Of a DNA stretch of 60,000 nucleotides, positions 40,140-51,972 are shown in pieces. Origin of the DNA: Lytechinus pictus (Eukaryota); assembly GCF_037042905.1 (NCBI RefSeq), contig NC_087250.1:14510001-14570000 (forward strand). Reading direction: 5' to 3'. How positions within the stretch are numbered: the stretch's first letter is position 1; each line of letters starts with the position of its first letter. Under the pieces are notes generated by a model. It was not told the origin of the DNA. It made no database searches and worked only from the letters and a program-made list of their open reading frames with translations. The translations under genes and the position numbers were made by a program.

Positions 40140-40395
40140 TTAATCCATATTTTATGTTATTGTTCGAAATAGACATGAAATATTCCGAAAGTTTGCTTAG
40201 CCCGATTGACCGTGGGCCAAGCAGCCACTGTGCAGCGCCAGATCGACGAGGCTCTATCTCTTTAATCGTTGAACGCCAAATAGGGTAGCAGCAACTCCCA
40301 TCTTTTTACGTCCTTTGGTCTGACGCGTCCGGGGTTCGAACTCCCGACCTCCCGGTTGTGAGACGGACGCTCTACCAACTGAGCCAACACACCCG
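40140..40395 (-). mobile_element. tRNA-derived SINE
   Basis: A box TGGCTCAGTTGG and B box GTTCGAACCC, followed by a non-tRNA body. Second copy at about 36800-37210. Confidence 0.8.
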
Positions 40396-40784
40396 GTGCA
40401 ACCTTTCATTTGAACATTGTGAATTAAAATCGTGCTCAGCCCATATAGGCAAAGCCTTTAATATTTGGATACTTATGTCTGAACTGCTATCAACAGTAAC
40501 CAAAAGTTCCCAGATATACATTTATTTGCCATTCACTTTTTGTGCACTGAACTAGAATTTCTACTTCTTGTTCAGGTCTACTCCTTTTGGTAGTGCTATT
40601 CGAGTCGGATCCGCTTTCACACCCGGTACTCAATATCTTCTTACATTTCGAGGAGGAATAAAATTTGTGAAACTTGCTACTTGTGTTATCCCTATACTAT
40701 TCTTAATTTCAAGCAACCGGAAGTGACTGGGTCACACAATAAGGAAATTTTGGTTATTCTCGATAGCAAGAATTGTATGTACTT

Positions 40785-41345
40785 CATTTATTTATTCTTT
40801 CATTCATTCATTCATTTTCATTCATTCTTTCATTCATTCATTTATTCATTCCTTCATTCATTTATTATTTTTTCATTCACTTAATCATTCTTTCATTTAT
40901 TCATTCATACATTTATTCATTCTTTCATTAATTAATTCATTAATTCATTCGTTCAATCCTGTATTCATTTATTATTTCATTCATATTCATTTATTATTTC
41001 ATTCATATTCATTCTTTCATTCATTCTTTTCATTCTTCGTTCATTCATTCATTCATTTAATCATTCTTTCAATTATTCATTCATTCTTTCATTTATTCAT
41101 TTATTCATTCATTCTTTCATTTATTCATTCATTCTTTCACTTATTCATTTATTCTTCCATTCATTCATATATTCATGTCATTCTATTTATCATTCATCCA
41201 TTATTCCTTCAATCATTTATCATTCACTTATTCACTCTTCAGTTTCATAATTTTTCTCATCATTTATTTCTCAGAATTTTAATGCATTATTTTCATTTAC
41301 CAAGAATCTTCATATTTATTGACAATTTATTTATCTATTCATTCA
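40785..41345. repeat. Imperfect (TTCA/ATTC)n microsatellite
   Basis: Visible directly in the sequence. Confidence 0.9.
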
Positions 41346-41442
41346 TGCTTTTATGTTTGTGAATTGTAAACAAACAAACTTGCAACATGAAATTTAAAAG
41401 CATGCTACATGTCGATAAGAAATCAAAGAAAATTTCACTTAC

Positions 41443-41506
41443 TGCCTTCATCCTCAACTGATTTTAACCTTACATCCTCCAAGGGCAATAAATGTTGTTT
41501 GTTGTA
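41443..41506 (-). CDS. PLEKHF2: PLEKHF exon 4 (YNKQHLLPLEDVRLKSVEDEG)
   Basis: TTTTCAG acceptor and GTAAGT donor, phase 0 to 1. Confidence 0.93.
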
Positions 41507-42229
41507 CTGAAAAAAATATTTAAAAAACACCAGAAAGTGAGAGACTTAGAGCAAGTGCCATCATTTTTTAAGTAAATTACCGGTTAACAAAACAAGGAAG
41601 CAAAATCATACAGAGTAAAAAAAAAAAAACATGAAAGGCAATCATCTACCTATTACAAATATGTGAATAATATACAGAATCAATATATTGGAAGCGAGAC
41701 TACAAAAGAGGGAAAATATAGTATTTTCTACCAGTTAAAAAATAAATAATAAAATATAGGGAAAAAAAATACACAAGGAAGAGTTTTACAGTTGTATACC
41801 TTCATAAGGAGACAAACATGTACATGTACACATAGGAAGAAAAATATGGAAGTCTATTTTGATTTAAAACAAACAAGGAAGACAATACAAATAAATTTTG
41901 CACACAATTACATGTAGAAGAACATACATGTATAAGAACGTTTCCATAATAATTGCAATGAACTTTTTTTTCTGCTCGAAGTCAAATGTGTCTCTCTCAC
42001 TTTTTTTTAAAATGAAATTAAGACACGTTTAGCATTCTTTTATCTAAACATTGAGTAATTACAAGCGTTGAAAAACAATATTACTCTCACACACATACCC
42101 CACCACACTGGGCCAATTCATTTTATCTTTTATCAAAATTAAACGAAAAAAGGAGTGCTTCTCTTTTTGTTTGATAAAAATTCTTAAAACCTGGTTAATT
42201 TCTGGGAAAAATGAATAGTTGGAAGGCCT

Positions 42230-42445
42230 GGGGGGTGTTTCACAAAGATTTAAGTATGACTGAAGTCGCACTTAAATGCCGACGCGTACATGATATGCAA
42301 CGTGCGATCTTATTGATAGACACGCATTAGTGCGCGTCCTCATGACACGATCTGACCAATGCGGTCAAGCCTTTCATACCGTACGCAACTCGGTATTTAA
42401 GTGCGACTCTAAGTCATACTTAAATCTTTGTGAAACTCCCCCAGG
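42230..42445. mobile_element. MITE (TIR GGGG.GTTTCACAAAGATTTAAGTATGACT)
   Basis: About 50-bp near-perfect inverted ends. Confidence 0.8.
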
Positions 42446-42540
42446 AAAAGTAGCCCCCACAAATAAAAAGAATATTTTTTTTGCCGGGGGGTATAGGCAG
42501 GGTGGGGGGAGGAGGGGCTATAGGGTTTTCAAGCATTTAC

Positions 42541-42678
42541 CTTCTTTTTACTGAGTACAATATTGCCGTAAACCAAGGCATCGTTGAAGAGGAAGAATTG
42601 ACGAGGCTTGCATCGTTTCCGGCAGTTCTTTGTGAGGACGCCCTCGCCGACCAACACTCGCCCTGGAACAGCTAGGGG
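42541..42678 (-). CDS. PLEKHF2: PLEKHF exon 3, start of PH domain (PLAVPGRVLVGEGVLTKNCRKRCKPRQFFLFNDALVYGNIVLSKKK)
   Basis: GCAG acceptor and GTAAAT donor, 46 codons, near-identical to the PLEKHF2 PH domain. Confidence 0.95.
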
Positions 42679-43622
42679 CTGCACAGAAAGGATGAATGAC
42701 ACAAAAAATGTTACATGTAGGAGGAGTCCATTAGATCAAGGTTTTTCTGTGTGTCTCTGTGTGAAGACAGAATGGAAGAATTATGCGGGGGATGGGGGCG
42801 AAAGAGCCCTGAAAACTCAAAAAAGGAGCCCTTGAAAATCTCCATTTATTGCAATGTGAAAGCTAAATCTAATGTTGCAGACTTTAAAAGTAGCCCCCGA
42901 AAATACAAAAAAAATAACTTTTTGCCTGGAAGTCAGGTTTAACTGTTGCCATGGTCATGGACGTACGTGTAGGAGCAGAGCTACAGTGGTCAGCAGTGGT
43001 CGGGCCCAACCGGCACAGACGATTTCTGACCACTACTCATCTTGAAAAACACTATTTCCGACCACCACTAATTTCAAATGAAAAGTGTTTCAAACACAAC
43101 TCCTTGCCAAGAAGAATTGCGCTTGCGTTAATTTCCATCTTAAATCTTGTTTTTATTTGCATAATTTACAATAATCATTCTTACATGTACATGTACAGTT
43201 CTTTATTTTAAAAGATATGCTAAAGTCAAGTTGTCATTACATGATGTTCATTCACTTTTGGCCTAAACAAACTTTGTATGGCCATGAAATTGAGACCACT
43301 ACTAGAAAGGGTCTACATGTGTAACTCTAGAACATAGATGTCCTCCCAAATGGCCATGGTATAACTTTGTGTTAAAGTTATGGGAAGCCAAATATTTCAA
43401 AATTGTGTTTCCATTATATCTACATGTATATGTATTTCCATTATATGATTCCTGTATCTTTAATACTTTTCTCCTTTTTTTATGCTTTAATGATGAAGAG
43501 AATTATTTCAGTACTGTGTATTCTCAGTCAGTTATAAATGAATTGAGTGTCAAATGAGATGACAAATTGAACTTATACTGGTAGAGATACCTGTCAGTCA
43601 CAACTAGCTATCCATAGTTAAA

Positions 43623-43827
43623 CCACCACCAATAGACCAAGTGGGTTGTTTCATAAAGCTGTTTGTGAGTTAAGAGCGACTTTAAGTACGACTGGTGATC
43701 CTTTCTTGTGGTGAATGGTATACATGTACACCAAAATGTTCATTGACGATGGTTTTGCGCATTAGAAAGGACCACCAGTCGTTCTTAAAGTCGCTTTTAA
43801 CTTACAAACAGCTTTATGAAACGGGCA
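43623..43827. mobile_element. MITE (TIR GTTTCATAAAGCTGTTTGT.AGTTAA.AGCGACTTTAAG)
   Basis: About 50-bp inverted ends. Confidence 0.75.
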
Positions 43828-44369
43828 CAAGAGTTTAAATTAAATCAAAGTACACTGTATGGGCCAATGTCTTTAACCAATAGAGGCATACATGTACATG
43901 TAGCTTTCATACTTGTTCAAAATTAATCTTTCTTTCCTCCCCAAATTGGCAATAATCATTGATTTTTCAATCCTTTACATACTTTGAATAAAAAAAATAT
44001 TAGATAAGTAAACACAGGATAATAATGTTCATGTACATGTACAGTACACTGTATGTATTTGAACATTTAATGAAAAACTGCCACTTTTAAATTATTTTTT
44101 ATAGTCGGGGATTTCAAGGTTCAAGGTTCAGTAGCTTATAACAATTGTCATTGAAAAATGAAAGCCCCTATTCATGAAATGCTCCTGACACTCGACATAT
44201 GTACCTCCTTTTGAAAAAAAGCCAAGGTAAAGATTGCAGTTTAATAAGGAACAAGGAAGGAGGAAGCGCTCTTTGAAAGAAAAGTAATATTTATGGGTAT
44301 AATTCATAATTTTCCTGTTTACAGTACTACATGTATGTCCAGTGTACAGTACTACAAGTAGTACCACAG

Positions 44370-45145
44370 AGACTACATTTTAGGTGAAATATCTCTATCC
44401 TTTAGCACTGTAGACTGATTAGTGTGAACACATCCCTAATACTACTGTATGCTACAGAGACTGATGACTAATTACACATCCCTAGCGTATAGACTGATTT
44501 TTTATGTGTAACGTGAACTGATCTCTAATAGTATGCAGAGTCCTGATATCGTTTTTTGTACAATGTGAACACATCCCTCATACTGCACAGTGAACATGTA
44601 TACATGTACATGTACTTCAGAGACTATGAATATTATGTGCAAATCTGAACACATCCCTACAATTACTGTATATACACTGTATGTAGGTCCTACTACAGAG
44701 ACTGACAACTACTGTGTGTGAATGCGAACATATTATTGGTAATATAGCGTAGGCCTAAACTAGACTGATCAATCGTCTCCTCTGTACTGTGCAATGTGAT
44801 CATATACATTTAGTACTGCATACTACAGAAACTGACGATTATTTCTTTAAAATATGAAATATGAACACAGCTTTAAAGTCTACAGAGACTGATTTCCATT
44901 CTGAAAATGATTCTGTGTAAATGTGAACACATCCCTGGTAGTGAAAACTACAGAGACTGGCTGATTCTGTGCCAGTGTGCAATGTGAACGCATTCCCAAG
45001 AAAACGTACTTTATCGGTCCAACTACAGAGACTGATCAACTACTCTGTGCCATGTGAATACATCCCTATTACTACAGATTGATGACTATTCTGTGCAGTG
45101 TGAACACATCCCCTAGTACTGTATTCTCATGAGTCTGATGACTAA
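44370..45145. repeat. Highly degenerate tandem repeat
   Basis: Recurring ACTACAGAGACTGAT and GTGAACACATCCCT motifs. Confidence 0.7.
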
Positions 45146-45264
45146 TTGTTGGTTAACCTTCATCATGACAGTGTATTTTAGGGAGAAATGAAGGTCAGTA
45201 CAAAGAGGAAATATAGATGTGATTCACCTGTTCGGCATTGCGGAGAGCAGCATAGAAAATACAT

Positions 45265-45667
45265 TTAAAGAGAAATTCCAGTAGTTGCAGTAAACACTGA
45301 TTTCATGAGAAAGTCTGTAAAACCAGGCTTAATTGTCAGTATATCATCGAGGATCTAGATCTGGTACAGTTACATAAACTGAACTTTGTGAAATCTTGAA
45401 ATCTACGCTGAAAATTTTTCAGACTCAACTTCCCCAACACAGATAAGCGCACGTGGGACAGTGTATAATTATTGCTTTGAGCGTCGGGCCCGACGCTCTA
45501 CCCGAATCCTGTGCTTATTTGCTGATTTCTCAGCAATTACACAATTTATTCCAGAATCCTTTGGCACATGCGTTTTATTTATACAAACAGACACTTTGGT
45601 GGTCATTTCATTGGATTCTGTACGAACTCACTTTGATATCGTTACCAAAACTAGCATTTACCTTTAA
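45265..45667. mobile_element. TTAA-flanked Kolobok-like non-autonomous element
   Basis: TTAAAGAGAAATTCCAGT...ACTAGCATTTACCTTTAA imperfect inverted ends. Confidence 0.5.
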
Positions 45668-46176
45668 GGGCAACGCTCGATTTTGCCCTCACGACAGCCC
45701 AAATCACCCCTAAAATTCCTGTGAATGCATGCTTTGGGGTGACTATTTTTTCTAGAGTTGCCCCAAGATCTATCACATCCATATTCACAATTAATTATAG
45801 AAAATCAATTTTCTAATAAAGCTATTTAAAAATTTGCTTTTACTGCATAATTGCTAGTTACCCCTACATGTAGACAGTAGCCCATATTTTAAAGAAATAG
45901 CTCAAAAATTCTGCAATCGCCATAATGTGGAAAAAAATAGCCCATAAAAATAAAACTAAAATCATTTCCTATCCACTAGCAAAGAGAATGATTAAAAACT
46001 GTCAAAAGGCCATCGCACACCTTATGATTGGTATGCAACTCGATTTTCGTACAATTGATGCAGATACTGAGACATGGAATATGTTTCTGTGAAAAGTTTA
46101 TGAGTAAATCATTGTACGGATACCCGTTCCAACCCATGAATTTGCTGCCCTCCTTTATAAAAGCTTATTATTAAAC

Positions 46177-46480
46177 GGAGGTGTCATAGTGTAGTGGTTC
46201 AGTCACTTGACTCTTGAACCAAGGGTCGAGGGTTCGAATCCCACCCAGCGCTAATGTCCTTTGGTCAGGCACTTATCCACGTTTGTCACTCTCTCCACCC
46301 AGGTGTTAAATGGGTACCCGGTAGAACGTGAACATCAATGTGATTAGAATGCCATATGTGCGCTGATAAACGGTTGCCTGGCCACAATACTCCCCAGGGA
46401 GTGGAGATGGTGCACTTTACGTGTGAAACACTGATGGATCCCATGACGGGGGTAATGGTAATTACAATGTAAAGTATTGT
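46177..46480 (+). mobile_element. tRNA-derived SINE of a second family
   Basis: A box TAGTGTAGTGG, B box GGTTCGAATCC, central CCACCCAGGTGTTAAATGGGTACC. A related 3' fragment with an (ATT)n tail lies on - at about 34905-35052. Confidence 0.75.
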
Positions 46481-46910
46481 ACAGTTTATAATTTGAATCG
46501 CAAATCAAAATTTTCTTTTCATTCATATAAAGCTTCAAATGGTCACTGAATAATACTTGAGTACCGGAAGTCCGGTACCATAAAATATTCAAATGCATTA
46601 AGCACTTACGGTACTAGTCATTGGATGTTTTTCAGCCATTAGAAATGTTAGAATTCAAATTTGGCATCGAGTGCCCTCTCCCACGAATACTTTTATTCTT
46701 TATAACCCTTTTAATAAGCATAGTACTAAATAGTATTAATGGATATTGTATATCAGAAAGCTACACATGTACAAAGATTATATCCTGAAACTTGCAGCCC
46801 AGTCCATGCTTTATAAGAAGTGGTTTATTACCAAGACAAACAACAACATAATAGATATCTTATCTTGATCAGGCACCCAATTTTGATGTAAAATCCCTAA
46901 ATTCATCCAA

Positions 46911-47502
46911 TTAAAGGGGAATGAAACCTTTGTAACAAGTAGGCTTGTGTCGAAACAGAAAAATCAAAGAATAAGAACAAAGAAAGTTTGAGAAAAATCG
47001 GACAAATAATGAGAAAGTTATGAGCATTTGAATATTGCAATCACTAATGCTATGGAGATCCTCCATTGGCAATGCGACAAGGATGTGTGATGTCACATGT
47101 GAACAACTTTCCCTTTGATGGACTGTAAAATACCCTCAAAATGTATCTTTTTGCTTTTTTTTTTTGGTGATACAAACTCTTTATCCATGATGTATTCTTA
47201 AAAAATCTGTATTACATGCCCTCCTATAGAAAGAACACATGATCTATGATAGATGTGATAAAAGAGGCATTTTAAGTGAAATATATACTAAGGTAATGGG
47301 GAGAGTTGTTCACAAGTGACATCACACATCTTTGTCGCATTGCCAATGTGAGGATCACCATAGCATTATTGATCCCAATATTCAAATGCTCATAACTTTC
47401 TCATTATTTGTCCGATTTTTCTCAAACTTTAGTTGATCTGTTTCTGTGATTTTTCTGTTTTCACACAAGCTATCTTGTTCCAAAGGCTTCATTCTCCTTT
47501 AA
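46911..47502. mobile_element. TTAA-flanked Kolobok-like MITE with very long imperfect TIRs
   Basis: TTAA AGGGGAATGAA...TTCATTCTCCT TTAA. Arms pair over about 200 bp. A degenerate relative lies at 18717-19523. Confidence 0.75.
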
Positions 47503-49913
47503 AGTAAACACATCTTTATTTCACATCTATCACATCTTAGCTAATGTATGTTAGGGCACATACATGTATAGTCATATAATCTTGTATGAATTGGAATATA
47601 CATGTAGTGACACTCAACTTGGGCAGATTTTAAGAACCACCGTGAGGTCAACTTTAACTGTAGAGTACTTGTTTATAGAGAAAAAAATACTGAAATCATT
47701 GTGCAATGACCAATTCTTTTTATGTGGGGCATGGGATAACAAACAACGATACTGTAGATCGATCCCCCCCCCCCCCAACACACACAAACACATTCACTGC
47801 TCAGCTGAAGTACCCACTACTGGGGTACTGCCATTCCAGCTTGGCTGAATAATATCTTCAACTTCAATACCACTTGGTCTACACCAAATTTGTCAACTTT
47901 GTGTTTGGTCTCATCCCACAGACCACACACATGCAGTCTACATTGTAATCTTGATTCAGACAAGTTTTTAAGCCAGCGCACACTCCGATATGACACATTT
48001 TTTTTATAAAGCGCATTTTGCATTAAATGTGAAAGTTCCAAGAAGTAAATTATTTTACTTGAAGTTCTGCATAGTGTCAGGAATAATAAAATCAGAATTT
48101 TGCTTTGCGGCTTTATTGGCTTCAAGTGGCAGCCGATGATGACGCCATTACGATTTGAAATTGAATTTGGGTCTATTCCTACAGGAAGGCTCAAACTAGA
48201 CTGAATTTCCATTTCAGTAGTCCTACAACTATGTTCACTAAAATTTTATTGGTTGGAATCAATTATTTGAGATTTGTCTCGCAACACTTCGTTTAGTGTG
48301 CAAACTTATTTGGTCTACTCGGTGCAGGTCATTTTTAATCATTCATGGTAAATACATGTAGCTCATTATGATCTACCATTCTTTCAATAACCCTTTGCAT
48401 GCAATTGCATTGCTTAGACGGTTACTTCAATATAACATAGTATGAGGATTATCCACAATAGAGGTAGTGTCTCCTATTAGGGTGTCTCCTATTAGGGGAC
48501 ACTTTCAATATTTCTCGCCTGAATAGTATGCAATCTGACATCATCCCAATTAATGACTGAAAAATGTGTAATGCAACTCTTTGTCATTACTGAGCACTTC
48601 AATGAGGAACTGACAACTAATAACAATATTTCCGGTGTACTTTTTGAGATCACCATACAATATATATTGTATTTCATTATACATGTAGATTGCAATTTAC
48701 ATTTGAACATACATGTATATTCAAGGGTCTTTTTTTTTCAATTTTCTAGGTCTCCAAGCCCCTATGAAATTTTATTCCCATTGAGGATAATCATTACAAT
48801 CTACACTCTCTAAATTGGCAATGATCACACATGCATGTAGGATGAGAGGATAACTCAACTTGTTCAAACTGGCTATTGTGCCTCTATCATTAGGAGACAT
48901 TTTTCTTTAATAATCTCTGTGCATCATCCAGAATGCATGCAAATGATGCAATCATGGAATATGATAAGGATGACCAAATGTTCTGTAAAAGTAGGCAACT
49001 CTTCCCAGGCCAAATACATTGTGTCATTCTTGAATAAACGTTGTTTCAAGTTAATTGTTACACTCTATATGATGGTCAAAGTCAAACATAGGATACAGCA
49101 CATATCACATGGACAATATCAACAAATTAACAGAAATATATGAGAATCACCTACATGTAATAGAGGTACACTGACTGAGATACGGAGTCACTACGGACAG
49201 TGATTTTTTTTGCTTATCAGTATTAATCAAAACGGAAATTCTGATATGGTTTTATTACTTTCCATGAGAAAATTCATTGAATTGGAATTGATGTACATTT
49301 TCTATGACAAAATAGAATTTGCATTTTAGATCAAGTTTGAAACAGGTTTTCACTTCTAAACAGAAAAGATCATCTATGAAAAATCACTGTCCTAAATAGG
49401 AGATAGTAAGTTTATCAATATCACTCTTTCCAAAATGCTTGCAATATGATGATGATATTCCAAATATATTTGAAAAATGATATCGTTTTCGATGCATTTA
49501 ATGCATTGAAAACGCTATCATTTTTTAAACAGAACAGGAATTTTCTATCTCACCAAAAAACAGAAAGCTGGAAATGAATATGCTCTAAGCAATTTTCTTA
49601 TAAGGACTGAAAATTTGATTTATTTTTTCAATATCAAAATCTTAAAATACCCCATTTCCTTGTCTATTCTACAAGAGAACTTCAACACAAAAAAGTCAGC
49701 CGTTTCCACTTACAACTGTGATAAGCTACTAAAATTCTTGCATCTGAGTGGCTGTGATCAATTAGTCAGAGAAAAAAAATTACCAACAAAACTCTCCATT
49801 AAATGCCCCCTCTATATCTTTTCTGTCTAGCATTACCTTCTTCAAATGTCAACTCATGCTTGCGTTTAAACAAAAATAAAGGAAAACAAAGTTGAAGAAA
49901 TCAATATTTTTAC

Positions 49914-49978
49914 CTGGCCCGAGCCTCCGAAGCATAATTCCACTTGCTCAATCCGTTTACGATTGGCTTCACTGTTTA
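49914..49978 (-). CDS. PLEKHF2: PLEKHF exon 2 (VNSEANRKRIEQVELCFGGSGQ)
   Basis: AG/GT flanks, phase 1 to 0. Matches PLEKHF2 NSEANTRRISIVENCFGAAGQ. Confidence 0.92.
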
Positions 49979-50945
49979 CTGTACATGTACAAAACAAAAC
50001 ATAAATAAAAGATTAAAACATTTGATATTTCTTTCGTTCAGACTGATACGAACATTTATTGTTTCCATCATCTATAATAAAAAAACAAACTTCTTCTAGT
50101 TCTACACTAGCTCTGTGAATTGCAGAGACTGTGGTCTTGTGGACATACTTTCAAACTAAATTGAACCAAGAATGAGCAGGTCAAGGGTTCAATTATTGAG
50201 CTAGCAAGCCTAGCATCCATAATTCTATTTTATTTTTATAGTACAAATAATTCTTCCTCTTCGGCTCTTCCTCATTTTTTCCTTGTTAGTTACTTTTTAT
50301 TCTTCTGTCATGCTTGTTCCTACTTTTCTTCTCTTTCTTTTGTTCTGCCCGACATTCTCTGCCTCACTCAACAGACTCAATCATACACTGACTCAAGTCA
50401 ACTTTCATCTCGACTCGGTCACATTTTTTAAAATTACAAAACCTGTGAGTGTGATTCACATGCATCTCTCAAAGTCTCATTCTCAATCACCATTGTGGCA
50501 TTGATTCTTGTCATATTTATGTCAAATTCTAGGATTTATAAAAATAATTTAGGCAAAAAATTATGGTAGGGCCGAAAACAATTGATCATGGTAGTCCCAT
50601 CGTGGAAACAAAACCCTGCAATGTCCCCAAATATGACACGCAAACTATTTGCTTCGTAAACGCCTCCTTTCTCTCAACGGGTTAATCACAATATACACGC
50701 CGAAGTGGGCGGCGTAGATTTTCTGGGAGAACGGGTCGCACGCGCAATAAAATCGTGATCACCGTCAATCTCACTCAATTTTGACCACCCCAAATCAACA
50801 CTTTCCGAATTAAAATGAACAATCAAAACAATTATTCATTATCTGTATTTTTTACTCTTTCTCTTAAAAGTTAAGTATGGTGCCGGAAATAGGAAGGAGG
50901 GTTAGAAATAGTGAAACAAACTATCGGAAGTAAAGCTTTACTCAC

Positions 50946-50961
50946 CCAACCGATCTACCAT
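50946..50961 (-). CDS. PLEKHF2: Phafin/PLEKHF coding exon 1 (MVDRL)
   Basis: AAAC ATG GTA GAT CGG TTG G|GTGAGT. MVDRL is the N-terminus of vertebrate PLEKHF2. Confidence 0.9.
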
Positions 50962-51360
50962 GTTTATAATGTGCAAGAAAAAGTTGAAATAACCTTTGAT
51001 CCAGTCACATGACTCAATTTTTGTAAAGCATTTATCTGAACTCAATCCCGAATATAATCATTTAAACTTGTATATAGTGATTCATAAATCAAAAATAATC
51101 TTAGAAAAACGAGAAACGTTGCATACTTTTGTGATTACAGCTCACATGAGTATTTTTAATAGAAATAATTAGGAAATTGTCCCCATATTGTTATCGATAT
51201 CACTTCGATATCAACGTTGGATTATCGGATCACATGACGAGCGAAGCTGAAGAGCGAAAGACTTGAAAGAAAACCTGTTAATGCTTCAAAATCACCGTTC
51301 CTCCCAGCGGTTGTTCCAGTTTAGCATATTTTTTCACAAGGTTGTAATATTTTCGCCAAC
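50962..51360. promoter_or_regulatory. Bidirectional promoter between PLEKHF and RNASEK with three TCACATGA E-boxes and one TATCGATA
   Basis: Divergent ATGs at 50961 and 51361. GTCACATGAC 51004-51013, CTCACATGAG 51141-51150, ATCACATGAC 51229-51238, TATCGATA 51192-51199. Confidence 0.75.
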
Positions 51361-51432
51361 ATGGTAAAGATCTGCGGACCAAAATGTTCAACATGTTGCT
51401 CTTTGCTGAGTATATGGGGAGTAGTTATGTTG
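51361..51432 (+). CDS. RNASEK: RNASEK (ribonuclease kappa / V-ATPase subunit f) exon 1 (MVKICGPKCSTCCSLLSIWGVVML)
   Basis: GCCAACATGG start context. CGPK...LSIWGVVML family signature. TTG|GTAAGT donor. Confidence 0.93.
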
Positions 51433-51972
51433 GTAAGTCGCAGATCAAATGCCGCAATAATATGTACGACGAGTGTGAGGCCGTATTCATTCATGGTGCA
51501 TGCAATGCTTTTGTACACATATCTTATGTGGATGTCACGATTCCGTGATTCTGTGATACAAATTGCGTAGTAGCTAAATCCCATAGTAATAAGTACATGT
51601 TGTGCAACACAAAATTAATTTAAGTGCAATGCATTGGCAGGCATTATTTTCTTCTTCATTTTAAATCCATTTTAAGTTATTGAATTATTATTGTTCTTAT
51701 GGACATGTGGGATATGTCAGAAGAAATACATGAAATATTGCTGAGTAAGACTCAAAACAAAAGATAATAAATAAGACTTGCAAGTTGCAGCTGCACAAAT
51801 GATTGTGCCTTTTGAGTTTTGTGGGGTGTTTTTTTTTCTTTTTTTTTTGGTCGGGGGGGGGGGGGGTCCAGTCCAGCATTTCATAGCCGGTTTCACGGTT
51901 GGTATGTTGAAAAGCTCCAGCTGGAACATCACTCAACTTGGAGGAAATAGAGGTCGGCTAGAGAAGACCATC

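Noticed and set aside
40320..40395. tRNA-like sequences (also 37135-37210 and 46177-46250)
   Set aside because: A and B boxes run into repeated non-tRNA bodies and the acceptor stems do not close, so these are SINE heads rather than tRNA genes.
47817..48212. 131-aa ORF in a PLEKHF intron
   Set aside because: No domain signature, and the PLEKHF model is complete without it.
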